From positions 1-64,000 of the forward strand of contig KZ538775.1 in the NCBI GenBank assembly GCA_000934665.2: a stretch of 64,000 nt of DNA, read 5' to 3'. Shown here piece by piece: positions 62,601-64,000 of the stretch. The notes beneath the pieces are model-generated. The model was not told the DNA's origin and searched no databases. It was given only the letters and a program-made list of their open reading frames with translations. The stretch's first letter is position 1, and every line of letters starts with the position of its first letter. Both the position numbers and the translations under genes were made by a program. The stretch comes from Catajapyx aquilonaris. Its lineage: Eukaryota.

Positions 62601-64000
62601 TGCCGACCAAATAGGACGGGGATAATATTGTTATGCAAATTTCGTGCATTCTCTCGTGAAATGTCATACATGTGGACATGCAAATGAGCGCCGTTTTTTT
62701 GATATTTAACGACCGCCGTAAAATTAATGTCCATTGCCGGATAATGCACTGCGATATTGGTTCCTCTCTCGGCGTTCATTGCGCCTTCTCTGTAAATGCC
62801 AGGATCTGACATTGATTGTGATCATTCGCCATTTTTTTAGCAACATGCCATTTTTCGCTATATATTTTTTTTGTTTCGTATGCACCTAGCAGGTTTTTTT
62901 TTTTGTTGCCAGTTTGTTCCCGTAGAGGAAAAGGGCGCCCAATAAAAGTTCAAATGGTGCTGCTTGACAAACTATGAGCTCTGGGCTGTCGAGAGAGGAG
63001 GGGGGGATTGCGCTTGCTGTATTGATCTACAAGGGGGGGGAAAGATGGGGGGGGGGGAAGGGAGGAGAAGGGGAGGGAAAAGGTAGGGGAGGTGGGAGGA
63101 CAGAAAGGTGTTCTTATACTAAGATATAAAAAAAGGAAGAAAAAGAAGGGGGTNGGGGGGGCTATCTCTAGGAATGGCGTGCCGTTCAGGAAGGATGCAA
63201 TCAGGAGAGTATTACCCACTCTGGGTAATATGTTGGTCTCGAAATGGCTACGGTGTATGTTCTCTTTTTTCAATTTTTTTTTGTAACTCTAATGAAAGTG
63301 TAACGATGGGTACGTAAAAAAGTTGGGAACAAAAAAAAAACATTTGGCGAGTACTCGTTGGTAATTGTTGCGTTAATCACATTTTCCACAGAGCATGAAA
63401 ACGAGATGTGTGATGTGCAGTTAATCTATAAAGATGAGTGTACTCTCGCCGTTAACCATCAGAGGGGTATAAATGGGGTACTTTGTTTCTGCAGTGTAAC
63501 ATTATGATAATTTTATTACTTGTGCTGCATATAAATAAATTAGTTCGTGCCTCTCACTCTATCTCACGTCGCAATTCCATCCAGTTATTTTAGGTGACAG
63601 CGCCGTCTGTATAATATTACGTGCCTTGGGAGGGTTCTTTTATATATGCATTACTTTTCATGCGCCATGCTTTTTGGAAGGTAATACAGTACAAGCCACA
63701 TAAGTAGGACAATTAAGTTGCTTCCGTATAATTCATTGTTATTTTAGTACCCGTAGGCCTAATTTTTTTAGTACACTGAATCTGCAAAGTTTACAACTCA
63801 ATTTGTGCAAAATTCACGTCGGGAGATAAACATGTATAACATTGTGCAGCTTGCAGCTAAAAATAGCCGGCATATACGGATGACTGACTCGCAAAGAGTT
63901 TTATTACACCCTGTACACTACAGGTTTACAGTGCGTAACCAGGTCGCAATAAAATTGCCCCCGCGCGGCACTATCCCTTTTTATAATGTATAGAGCCAGT

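Overview
Eukaryotic, intron-rich DNA, most likely from an arthropod. Left half (1-24.2 kb): a tandem + strand cluster of four clip-domain serine protease homologues (SPH1-4; PPAF-II/masquerade-like, catalytic Ser replaced by Gly in GDGGSP). Interleaved with them are three small two-exon genes for secreted clip-domain-only peptides. In these, the usual 'IDIR' activation site is replaced by a furin-type RRRR/RRKR site, and one of them is a promoter/exon chimera. A minus-strand gene (12071->10510), largely missed by the ORF track, encodes an N-terminal ubiquitin-like domain plus a transmembrane helix. It may continue beyond the left edge (possibly CD39/NTPDase-like), which would nest five immune genes in its intron. 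Right half: the 5' part of an ARID5B orthologue (two coding exons split by a 26.6-kb intron rich in TGACGTCA sites), a divergent spliced transcript from the same promoter, MITEs and tandem repeats. All exon boundaries were read by eye from GT/AG signals and frame continuity; no searches were run.
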